Shown one piece after another: positions 13,423 through 24,700 of a DNA stretch of 64,000 bases (its first letter is position 1; every line of letters begins with the position of its first letter). The translations under genes and the position numbers were made by a program. The stretch spans positions 1,227,483-1,291,482 of the forward strand of contig NW_015173676.1 of NCBI RefSeq assembly GCF_001447785.1, in the 5' to 3' direction. Origin of the DNA: Gekko japonicus. Taxonomy: Eukaryota. The notes below the pieces were generated by a model that was not told the DNA's origin, did no database searches, and worked only from the letters and a program-made list of their open reading frames with translations.

Positions 13423-15206
13423 TAAAGGGAATGGGACTGTGAACTATATTACTGTATATAGTATGTATTAGCTGTATTATCTGTTTGCTGTATGTGTTAT
13501 TCTGCCGCCATGCATTGTCTTATACTTATATAGTATCCTTTTCTGCATATTGTGGTCAATATTTTTTGCTGTTTCAAATTTCTGTAATCTTGTTCCACTT
13601 GCATTGCTTCTTAGATGTCATATCCTATTGATTGCATTGACTTACACTGTGTAATCCGACTTGAGTCTCTATGAAAAAGTAAATTAAACTGCGTCTGAAC
13701 ATTCCATGGCTGCTTTGGGTCCTCAGCAATCCAGGCTAATGACAATGAGCAGGCTCAGTCCTTGTCAGGACTTTTTTTGTGTGGAGGAATATCTTTCTGT
13801 TTTAATTTACACTGTTAGGTTTCTGCATTCCTGGGGAGTCCCCCTAGTTAAGCAGAAGTGCCCAGTTTGTCGGTGGGTGGTTTTACTGATTGGCATGGGA
13901 TTTTTCAAACATCCGAACAGAGGCAAAGGAGCAGGGTATTCAAACCAGCTGATGTCTCACCATACAGTGACTTGACTGTGGCTTGTAAGCCGTGGGCATG
14001 TCACCATAAGTAAGGCATGGGGCATGTGAGGCAAGAAAAGCTTGGGGGTCCCAGCTTACTCTCCACCAGTGCTCTGCTGTCATGAGGCCAAGTCATTGTT
14101 AAAATTGAGAGGGATGCTGCTGATAAGATCAGACGCTCTTGATGCATGTGCAGTTGTACCTTAGTTCCAGCATACCTTTTTCTTCCCCTGGAAAGATCCA
14201 GCTTGAGACAGCAGGATTTCAAAGTCAAAGTGGAATGTCCTCTCTTGAATAGGGGTCATGCTGATAAGTATTCTGTTCCAAATTCTGTAGAACTGGGGGT
14301 GTTTCCGTTTTTAAAAGTGCAATGAGCGCTGAGTGACTTGTGTGCCTGTATGTGCTATAAACCTTTGAAGGAGCTAAGGACTTAAAAAGGCAATTGGATC
14401 TGGGAAGAAGGGGTAGGCAGGTTTGGCGCAAGGGCTCACTTTCTCATGAAATGCCAGGAGCTGAGCCTGGCTAATGTCTAAGCTGTTATGGGAGAGATAA
14501 GAGAGGCCCTGGTTCCCAGGGAGGGAGGCAATGCTCTCCTTGGTTTGTTCTCCACGTGACCCCTAAATCTGCTCATGAGTACCATGCAAGGGACTTGACC
14601 CCTTTTCAGTTTTGCTCTTAAACTGCTGGTAAGTGGGATGCTCTCTTTTTCCTCCTTAGAACACCCTTGGCTGGCTGTCCTTGTGGAGTGCCAGTCCTGC
14701 AGCCCTTTGGGCTGAGCTTGTTCCTTCCCAACGGCCAATATTTCTCCATAGAGAGAAATTATGTCAGGAAGATGATTGGAGTGAAAGAGCTGGCTGAAGT
14801 AGTTTAGAATTGATATCCATAGCCATAGCATAAGCATGCACAGTCATACTGTGGGAAGGTGGGAGAGAGTTGGCAACTTATTTTCGAGAGCGAATGTTGT
14901 CACAACTGGGGTAGGGGAGAGTGTGGGTGGTGAGAGGGGGTAGCACTTGCTTCCCTTTAACAAACAGTAAGTCTCCCTTTAAAGAGTGATGTCTTGAAGT
15001 TGCTGTCAATTTGGTTATTTGTTGGGATGCAGCTAGAAATGTCAAGACATCACAGGAAGGGGTGGGTGTTTGGGGGTTAATGAGCATTTCTTACAGGGAA
15101 GGTGCATTTCCTGACTCCCTTCTCTTTCCCCCCAATAGGCTCGGTGCCTGGGCCAGAGCCCCCTATGCTGTATCCCCCCTGATGCTGGCCAGCCTGTGCC
15201 CAGAAG

Positions 15207-18200
15207 ATGAGCAGATTGCTGGTGGGGGTGACCCTGGAGAGGATCTGCAAGGCTGTACTGCTCCTGTGTCTACTGCACTTCCTCATCATCATGATCCTTT
15301 ACTTTGATGTCTATGCCCAGCGCCTGGACTTTTTCAGTCGCTTCAGTGTGCGCAATGCCTCCCGCACTCTGCCCTATGTTAATATATCTCGGCCTAACAG
15401 CACTGCCGGGCCTCTGGGCCCCGAGCTCCCAGCCCCCAGTGCCAAGTCTGTCAGCAGCAACAGCACCATCACCGAGAAGCCCTTACCTCCCTGCCCGGAG
15501 ATGCCTCCTGGCCTAGGTGAGACTGCAGCTTGGTCTTAGTGCAGATGAGCCCTTCAATTTTTGTGCCTTCTTGTATTGTCAGCCTGCTTTCTTGCTTGGC
15601 TACCTCTCCCCAGCCACAAATGAACCTTTTCAGTAGTTATCCAGCATTAGATCTCCTGAGTTTGTCTCTGCCTGATTAACACCTGTGTCCTCTAGCTTTG
15701 GGCAGAGGAGAGAGGAAGGAACCGAAAGATCTAGGCATATGCAGGACAGACAGTGTATTGCAAATCATGAATATGGCCTCTAGTAGACAATATGATCTTC
15801 ATGATAGTGAAGAAACTATGAAAATATATGGGCAGAGTGTTTTGAGACTTGCATACTAAGGTGTGCTTTGTGTGACATATTTTATGGTTAGATGGTGGAA
15901 TTTTCTATCCTTGATAGCATAGCTCCCTATCCCTTCCCAGAGTTCCTGGTCCTCACGTTCTTGGCCACATGGCACCTCATTCCTTCACATCTTAATCCAC
16001 CCAATCTTTGCCAAAATAGCCCAAATTCTGTGAAAAACCAACCATACAGTATTATGCAATACTGCATAACGTATTCTGTGCAGAGCTTGGGTTTCGTCAT
16101 TTCAATGTTTATAGCAGCACAAAGTGACATCCATGGGACAGGCTGTGGCTCACTGGCAGAGCATCTGCTTGGCATGCAGAAGGCTCCAGCTTCAATCCCT
16201 GAGAGAGAACCATGTTCCCTGAAGGACATCAAAACAACCTGTGCCAGCTGCACAATGTTAGATCTATGGGCTGACTGAGAGGATGGTACACTGAAGGTCG
16301 ACTGCCAGTAGCACCTTTTAATGTTATAATTGTTTTATATTGTTTTAGGATTATCTAAATTATTTACTGTGTGTTTTATTCTTTTGTAAGCCGCCCTGAG
16401 CCAGCCTGGTGAATCAGATAATAAATAAATAAATCTCCAGTTAAAAGGATCAGGTAGGAGGTGATGTAAAAGACCTCCGCCTGAGACCCTGGAGAGCCAC
16501 TGCCGGTCTGAGTAGATGATAATGATGTTGATAGATCAAGGGTCTGATTCCGTATAAGGCGGCTTCAGGTATTCATGTGTTCCCAGCTGTAGTGCGGAAT
16601 CTTCCAGCCACTGGACATTTCTTCAGACAAAACAAAGCACTTTCCCTTCTCAGCTACTGAGACAGTAGTTATATATCATAGAATCATAGAGTTGGAAAGG
16701 ACCTCCAGGGTCATCTAGTCCCAACCCATGCACAATGCAGGAAATTCACAAATACGGCTCCCCCCGGGCCAGGGACCACTGCTCTATGCCCAGAAGAGGG
16801 CAAACCCCCCCCCCAAACCCAGGATTGCTGGCCAAACTGGCCTGGAGAACAACAGCTTCCTGACCCCCAAAGTGTAGATCAGCATTTCCCTGAGCATGTA
16901 AGAAAGGGCCACAATATTTATTTAGAACATTTATATGCTACCTCTTTAGAAACCTATTCGGGATGAATCAGAACATAAATGATAAAAACATAAAATTATT
17001 GAAATTAACAACTATTATATACCAGCAAATAAACCTTAGAAGCATATAAGCATGTAAAAACTCAGATCATAAAACATTTGCCAGCCTAAATGATCCTTAT
17101 AACAGTCCTTAAACTAGAAGCAGATGGTAAAAAACAATTAGAAATACCAAGCCCTAGTTTAAAAGCCTGCCCAGGGGTGGGGGGCTAACTGTTTTATGCT
17201 TGTACCTGAAAAGGGTAGGGAAGGCACCAGGCAAGCCTGAAGGGGGAGAGCATTCTGTCTGTTGCCCGTGAAGTCTGTGTTGGCCAGCATCAGACTGTCT
17301 TGCTACTGCTCCAGATGTAAATGAATGCTATCAGTAGCCTCAGGCTGTGATGATCATTCCGTATTGGAGATAGCAGTGCTACCATATGAATGACTTGACC
17401 AGTCTTGTTCAGTATTGTCTATTCTAATGAAGTGGCTCTTCAGGTTTTTAGACAGGGAGAGGATTTTCCCCCAACATCTCCCACTTAAGATCCTTTAACT
17501 GGCGATGCCAGGGAGTGAACCTGGCATACTTCGTATGCAAAACCATGTGATCTGTCACTGAGACTTTCCTTGACAAAGGTAGGTGATTGCATCCTGCCCT
17601 TTTCCTGCTTGCTGTGAGTGATGCTGATCCTGCCTTGTGTCGGGATAATTCTGAGCCAGTTATTTCACCCTGCAGTTGGTTGTGAAAGTATACAAGACCT
17701 TGTTTGCACCGATGGGCTTAATTGTGCTTTGCCTATTTGCTGCCTCTATGTCTGATACATGTTTGGGTTCTTGGGTTCCTTTTGCTGAACTTTTTCTAGG
17801 TAGAATTTGTCTTAACAGGGACATGAGGATATATCCTATTACAGATAAGTTTAAATTATAATAGGTCAACACTCTCCATAGTGAAAAGTAGTGTTAAAAG
17901 GTCTGTCAAAGATTAATATTTACCTGATTTATTGCTAAAAAATTTCTTCTCCAAAATATAAAGATATCCAGTACAATATTGAGATTAGTTAAATGTTGAC
18001 TGTATATTTGTTCTTGATGATTGATGTATAGATTATGTTGTTATTAGTACTAACTATTTTTTGTTAAAATTGAAGTGGTTCTATCTTACTTTAACAGTTG
18101 TATGCATTTTTAATACTTCAATAAAAAAGTGTTGAAAATAAAAAGAATACAGTGCAGCACTTGCCCCAGACTGAGAGTTCCTATCTATACCTTGTGGCTA

Positions 18201-21200
18201 ATAGCCACTGTTGGATCTCTGCTCCATATGCTTATCTAATTCCCTCTTGAAGCTGTCCATGCTTGTAGCCTCCACCACCTCCTGTGGCAGTGAATTCCAT
18301 GTGTTAATTACTCTTTGGGTGCCCGCGAGTTCTTGTACTGTGAGAAAGGGAGAAAAGTACTTCTTTCTCTACCTGCTCTATCCCATGCATAATCTTATAA
18401 ACCTTACAGCTTCCATTACTTTGTTTGTGCCTTTCCTAACCTGCGGTATATATTTTTTCTGAGCTTCTAGGATTGTAGTTTTAAATAGTCTCCAAGCTTC
18501 CCCAATGGTTTTGATCCTTTCTACTTTTCCTTTCAGTTTCCTCCTCACATGTCCCCTCATATCAGAGAAGTTACCCCTTTTAAAGTGTAGATAATTAACT
18601 CCCTTCTCCTGCAGTGGGCCGGCTCCTGATTGAGTTCAGCTCTCCAATGAGCATGGAGCGGGTGCAGCGAGAGAACCCAGATGTGCAAGAGGGTGGCAAA
18701 TACTCCCCCCCAGACTGTGTGCCTCGCCAAAAGGTGGCCATCCTCATCCCCTTCAGGCATCGTGAGCACCACCTCAAGTACTGGCTGCACTACCTGCATC
18801 CTATTCTTCGACGGCAGAAGGTGTCCTATGGCATCTACATCATTAACCAGGTATGTGGGGAATGATGGTCTGTTGCCAGGGTGGGGGTGGCTGGGCTTAG
18901 TGTGGTGTAGGTAAGGCCTTTAGTGAAGCACTGTTGAAGCCCATTCTTCATGGACTTCTCTGCCCTAACTGGATGTGGAAGCTTTTGTGGGAAACAATGT
19001 GTGAGTTGTTACCAGTGGGTACTTTTTAATGCCACATTTTGCAAAGGCCTGCTGTTTGATGGGATTTTTTAAAAAAATCAGGGAAGGGGGGACAGTTTAC
19101 ACCAAAAAGTAACAAGGAGGTGGCCAGATCAGCTGGGTAAGTATAACAAGCGAAACACTCTTTGGAGCAGGGGTATCAAACATATGGCCTGGGGGCTGGA
19201 ACTGGCCCGTCTATGTCTGTTATCTGGCTGGCAAGCATTGTGGTGGAGGAGGGTGGTGGCAGTGGCAGCAGCAAGAGCAGTGAAAAGAACCGTGTCAGGT
19301 CTGCTGTTTGGAGGGTCCTCCCCCCCTTCCTCTCTCTCTTGGTTGGGCCAGGCTGCACATGTGCAGCCACTGCCCTCCTCCTCCTTCTGTCAGAGGCGGG
19401 GAGTCACCACCTCCCCATCAGTGTGTGTGTGCACTGGGCCTCCCCTTCGCTTCAGAAGCTGCTTCCTTCACCATTGTCATTGCCACCTTCTTCTTCTCTG
19501 CCCACCTCTCTTGCTCTTTCTTTGCCATGATATCAGAGAAGCGGCCATTGGGAGGAGGGAAGGTAGAAGGGTGGTGGTGGTGGGAGCTGCTAATGGAAAT
19601 GTGCATTAAGCGAAGTGTAGGAATGGGAATGCCAGAGTGTGTCTGGGGGGAGGGGTATAAGGGACTGGAGGTATAGAAAGGAAGGGTTGAAGTGCGTCCA
19701 ATGGTGTGTGTGGTGGGAACTGCTCTTGGAAAGCTATGGGAGGGGAGGAGAAATATAGCTGTTCGGGTGAGGGAAGGTGCTGAGTGTTCGTGTTTCGGGG
19801 GGTGGAATGCAAGAGCAGGGATGTAGTTGGAGGCTAAGATAAAACAGGAGTCTTGAGCCCCCTTAAAGACTTCATGAGATTTTGTTGCAGCATTTTTATT
19901 TTCTAGGCATCTGTACCTTGCTTTTCTCCCCAAATGGGGACCCAAAGTAATGTACAAGTATTGTTCTCCCCATCTATGTTTTTGTTCTCACAACAACTGT
20001 GCAGGGGGCATGTTAGGCTGAGAGAGCAACCCAACTTCCATGGCAGAGTGGGGCTTATGAACCTGGGTCTCCCAGTTGCTAGTCCCCATGCTCAAACCTG
20101 AGTGTATGTGTGTCTCTGTGGAAGGTCAGGTCTCTAAATGGGACTGAAGTGCAAGGAAAGGCGTGGTCAGTGGGAGCAGACTCAAGATTTGGGGGAGAGT
20201 GGATGGGTCTGGATGAATCACACAGAGGCAGGAGGGGAAAAAGGACTGATTTAGGAGTTCTGGTTATTGACAGGTGGCTGGTGAATCCACCTAGGGTTCA
20301 TTAATTTTGTGGTGGATTGAGCATGTGCTAAGGATGGTGGCTCCAGTTCCTTGGAGAGTTTATATTATATACTAGCCTGATACCTGTGCTTCGCTATGGT
20401 ATTTAAGTTCCGTAAATCCAGTTATAATACTGATGTGAAATTTGAAATGTGACATTTGTTGTAGGAATTCTAACAGAGAAGATTGTAGTGTAAGAAATGA
20501 AGTGAGGCGTAGGTATTTTTCTCTCTCTCTACTGAAGGACCTCTCTCTAGACCACATTGGTGGTTCTGCCCTCAGGTGCTAGGATGACCAGGCTGCTTGG
20601 TGAGCTCACTCTGGAGCAGGCAACATAGAACTGTCCATTTAAGAAGCAGTTGTCATTTAAGAAGCAGGGGTCATGTTTCTCAGAAATCTCTTCATGGGGG
20701 GGTTGACGTCATGGTAGGAATGTACTCTCCTTATTTTGGGGTTCTTGGTGCAGGGGTTTGGCCTGGGCATTGAATTTGGGGGGAGGGCATACCCCCATTC
20801 TTTTTTTTACAAAAATCCTTCTCATTTATGTTACATTTTAGAACTGGGACATCACTACATATTCAAAACACCATCCAAGCAATCAGATATTAAGCAAGTT
20901 CATATGAACCAGTTTTCTAGAACCCACATTGTGAGAAGTTAAATAACCTAATAAAGGGAACCAGTTTTCTACAAATATGGAGTATATTTCCATTGTGGGT
21001 GTGAGTGTGGCTATGCTGGGTCAGCAGCACCGCTAAGGTGATCCTGCTGGGGCGGTATCCCTGCTGGATTAAAGTACCCTGGTCCTGCTCCTACACCTGA
21101 CAGACACCAGCCTGTCTGGTGTTGGGGGGGTTATGTTTAAAGGTATCACGGAGGCTGGGCCAGCAGCAGAGCTGTCCTGCTGAGCAAACCTTCCCGGTGG

Positions 21201-21726
21201 CTGTAAGCATCCCACCTCCTCTCCGACACCTGACAGACAGCTGCCTGTCCAGTGTAGGAGGGGGGAGGAGTATTAGAAGCCACTGTGGAGGCTGGGCCGG
21301 CAGGATCACTAAGGCGTTACTGCTGGGGCGGGCTCCCTCAGGGCTTTAAGCACCCTGCAACTGCTGCTGCACCTGACAGACAACTGCCTGTTAGGTGTAG
21401 GAGGTGGGAGGAGTGTGTTGGAAGCCATCAAAGAGGCTGGGCCAACAGCATTACTGCACCTCACAGGTGGTTGTTGGCCGTTCCTGATTTCCTCAGCTGT
21501 CATTAGCTGTCTGCAAACTCCTGTAACTGTTGGGGTTTTTTACCTCAGAACACTGAGCTCTGCAGCTGACCAATCAGAGAGTGGGGGGGTGCAGGGAGGC
21601 AGTAGCCTGGCAGCTGCATAGGAATCAATGGGGGGAGCACATTTTCCCCCTTTTGACCCCCTTAGGGGTTGAATTTTTAAAAATCTCTTCTTAGCAAACA
21701 CCTACACCACGGTAGGAGCACTCCTA

Positions 21727-21757
<31 letters not shown>

Positions 21758-24700
21758 AGATATATGTTTTGGGGTGGACCTCTCTAAGTAGGGATGAAAC
21801 CTGCTTCACACACAAAAATGCTCCCAGGGTTGCAGAGAAAAAGTTTCTGATCTAGTGTAGTGGGGAAGTGTATTTTCAGATTGGGAAGAGGACCCCTGGG
21901 ATAACTTGTGCTGGGGATAGACAGCAAAAGTTTCTCTAAGGTGAGAGCCTATTCAAGGCAGATTACACATAGTGAGTCAATACAGTCGACAAAATGGGAC
22001 ACTTACACTGGTCCCCACCTACCAATGAAAGGATGCTACAAATCGCAGGTAGGTGGGGGAGCAGTGTGATACTGTACTGAAGTATAAGCTTTCTGAAGTT
22101 GGCATTAGCAAATTTTACCAGTTTCAGGGTCCGAATTACCCCCAATTTAAGGCTTTTGCTTCAAACATTCTGTCTGTGTTCGGGACAACATGTCTGTGAA
22201 CAGCTCTTTTCTGTAATAAAGGCCAATATATCAAAAGTATGTTCTCAGCTTACAGATGTACACCTAAACAGCATACTCAAGATTGCTACAGCAGAGACAT
22301 TGACTCCAGATTTTGATACAATGATTTAGAACAAGAGGTGCCCGTTATCAAAGACAATTAAATAAAGGAATACTGTAAGAGTGTTAATGTTTTAAGTATG
22401 CTTGTATTTTGAGTAAAACATAATATTGTTAATTGGGTTTGCTTGTGTCCTTTATAACATTTATATCTCTGGCATAACATTTTATGGCACACATGGCCCG
22501 GCCCAACAAAGTGACATTTGTGTCAGATCTGATCCTCGTAACAAATGAGTTCGACACCTCTGTTTTGGAGTGACCCTGTCCTTGTTATTGCCCTACAGCT
22601 TTGTGAAGACACGTTCCACCGAGCCAAACTCTTGAATGTAGGCTTCTTGGAGGCCTTGCGAAATGATGAGAGCTACGATTGCTTCATCTTCAGCGATGTT
22701 GATCTTGTGCCCATGGATGATCGGAATCTCTATCGTTGTTACGATCAGCCTCGGCACTTTGCTGTTGCCATGGATAAGTTTGGTTTCCGGTAAGTGGACT
22801 GGATGGCTCTCTTCTAAATGCTCTCTATAATGTACCGAGTTGTGATGGGAATTGCATCACTTCAGTGGCTGCCTTACCATATACTGAGTCATAACAATGG
22901 CTCATGCAACAGACTTTGTCAGCCTGGTAGTCTTCTGTCAATCCCTCTACATGAGATCCATTAATTGGAGATTAAATGTCTGGCTTAGTACACTTTGATC
23001 CATTTTGAGACACCAGTGGTCTTTTGAAATTGTTCAGAAGCCAGTGATGGAAAGGTAAGAGACCAACAGGAGGGATATGCCCATTTTTATACATGCATAA
23101 CATACCCTTCTAATGTAGCATACTTAAATCTAACCCCCTTTGGAGACTCCTTGGATAGGAAGATCCCTCCTGTAGTGCGTGCTTGCGTACCCTGTGGCTT
23201 GGGCCTGTGAAGGTTTAGAAGCTTATGAAACTCTTTCATCTGGGACACAATTTAGGAACCTTCCTCATTTTGCTAACCCCAGTGCTGCATTTATTCAAAG
23301 CATTTATAGGGTTACCTGGAATTGTTGCATTTTGGAATAGGTTTTACTCTCTTCCTTTCATGATCTGCTGTTCATCTATCCCCACTTCTAGTCCCCCCCC
23401 CCCATTTTAGTCTCAACTCTTCATCTGTCCTGCTTGGCAACTTAGAATGTATTTAATAGTACTGTAGCAGCAAATCTTTGTAAATATTATGACAGATTGG
23501 GGGGAGTTAATATTTTCCCATAAGCTGTCAGAGTTGTAAAAGCATGCTTCCCCTCCCTCTACCCTTTATGTGCATAATAATAGAATGTTAATCTGCCTTA
23601 GTGGTAACAAATGAGGGACAGGAGTTAGAATATTTATTTATTTACTTTTTAAATATCCTGCCTTTCGTCCTAAGGGGGACCCAAAGTGGCTTATATCGTT
23701 CTCATCTCCTCCGTTTTACCCTCACAACAACCCTGTGAAGTAGGGTAGGCTGAGAGTGTGTGACAAGTCCAAGGTCACCCAGCAAACTTCCATGGCAGAG
23801 TGGGGATTTGAACCTGGGTTTCCCAGATCCTAGCCCAGCATTTTAACCACTACACAAGCTTAGCTTCCATTGCAAATAGCATGGGGGGGGGGGGTCTGGA
23901 GATAACCTGGGCCAAGATATTTCGATTCCTTTCATTTTTGGCTCTGGAACTCCCATGATCATCCTGAAGCTGGTGGCCAATTTCGAGATACCTAGTTTTA
24001 TTTTCTGATAAGCTATGTCTACCACAAATGGACAGACAGATGGACATGCAGACCCTTTTATTATTATAGATGTGTAGTAAGAACCAGCAAAGTAATTTGT
24101 TTTGTTATATTTAGTTTGGATCAGGGTCATATGGGGGGGGGGGCTAGATGGAATCTTTGACCGGGGGCCCATGGTAGCTCTCAGCAGCCATGGTTCAATT
24201 AGGAAGAAGAAAGTAGAGAATGTAAGGGAAGCATGATGCAGTGAGCAGTGGCTTTACATCACTGTGTTATTTTTCTGACTTGCGGCCAACGACTAGCTGG
24301 ACCATCCTGGTTCTGTGCTCCTGAGTTCTTTCCTGATCTCTGTCTCTCTCCTGCTTGTCCCTCACAGGCTGCCTTACTCAGGCTACTTTGGAGGCGTCTC
24401 TGGTCTGAGCAAGACACAGTTTCTGAAGATCAATGGCTTCCCTAACGAGTACTGGGGCTGGGGTGGGGAAGATGACGACATCTTTAACCGGTATGTGAAA
24501 GACTGGGGCAAGCAAAGCCAAAATTTTCCTCTTTGGGATGGTTGGTTTTAATAGCCTGCCTTTTCTATTTGGTGTCTGTTGGGATGGATGGATTGGCAGG
24601 GGCCAGTGTCTTTCTCCTGAAGTTTCTTTATTTCATTCCGTTTTTACCCTGCCCCTTTCCTGGCAATTGGGGCTCAGGGCAGTTAACAACTTAAATGCAA

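Larger units (their letters stand above)
19168..22562 (+). mobile_element. decayed hAT (Charlie-like) DNA transposon filling most of a B4GALT2 intron
   Basis: TIRs CAGGGGTATCAAAC / GTTCGACACCTCTG with an 8-bp TSD ctttggag / ttttggag (7 of 8). Transposase C-terminal remnant CEQLFSVIKANISKVCSQLTDVHLNSILKIAT at about 22190-22330. Confidence 0.8.

Noticed and set aside
21030-21445. CRISPR-like spaced repeats
   Set aside because: Eukaryotic context; the units are similar along their whole length, so this is a degenerate tandem repeat.
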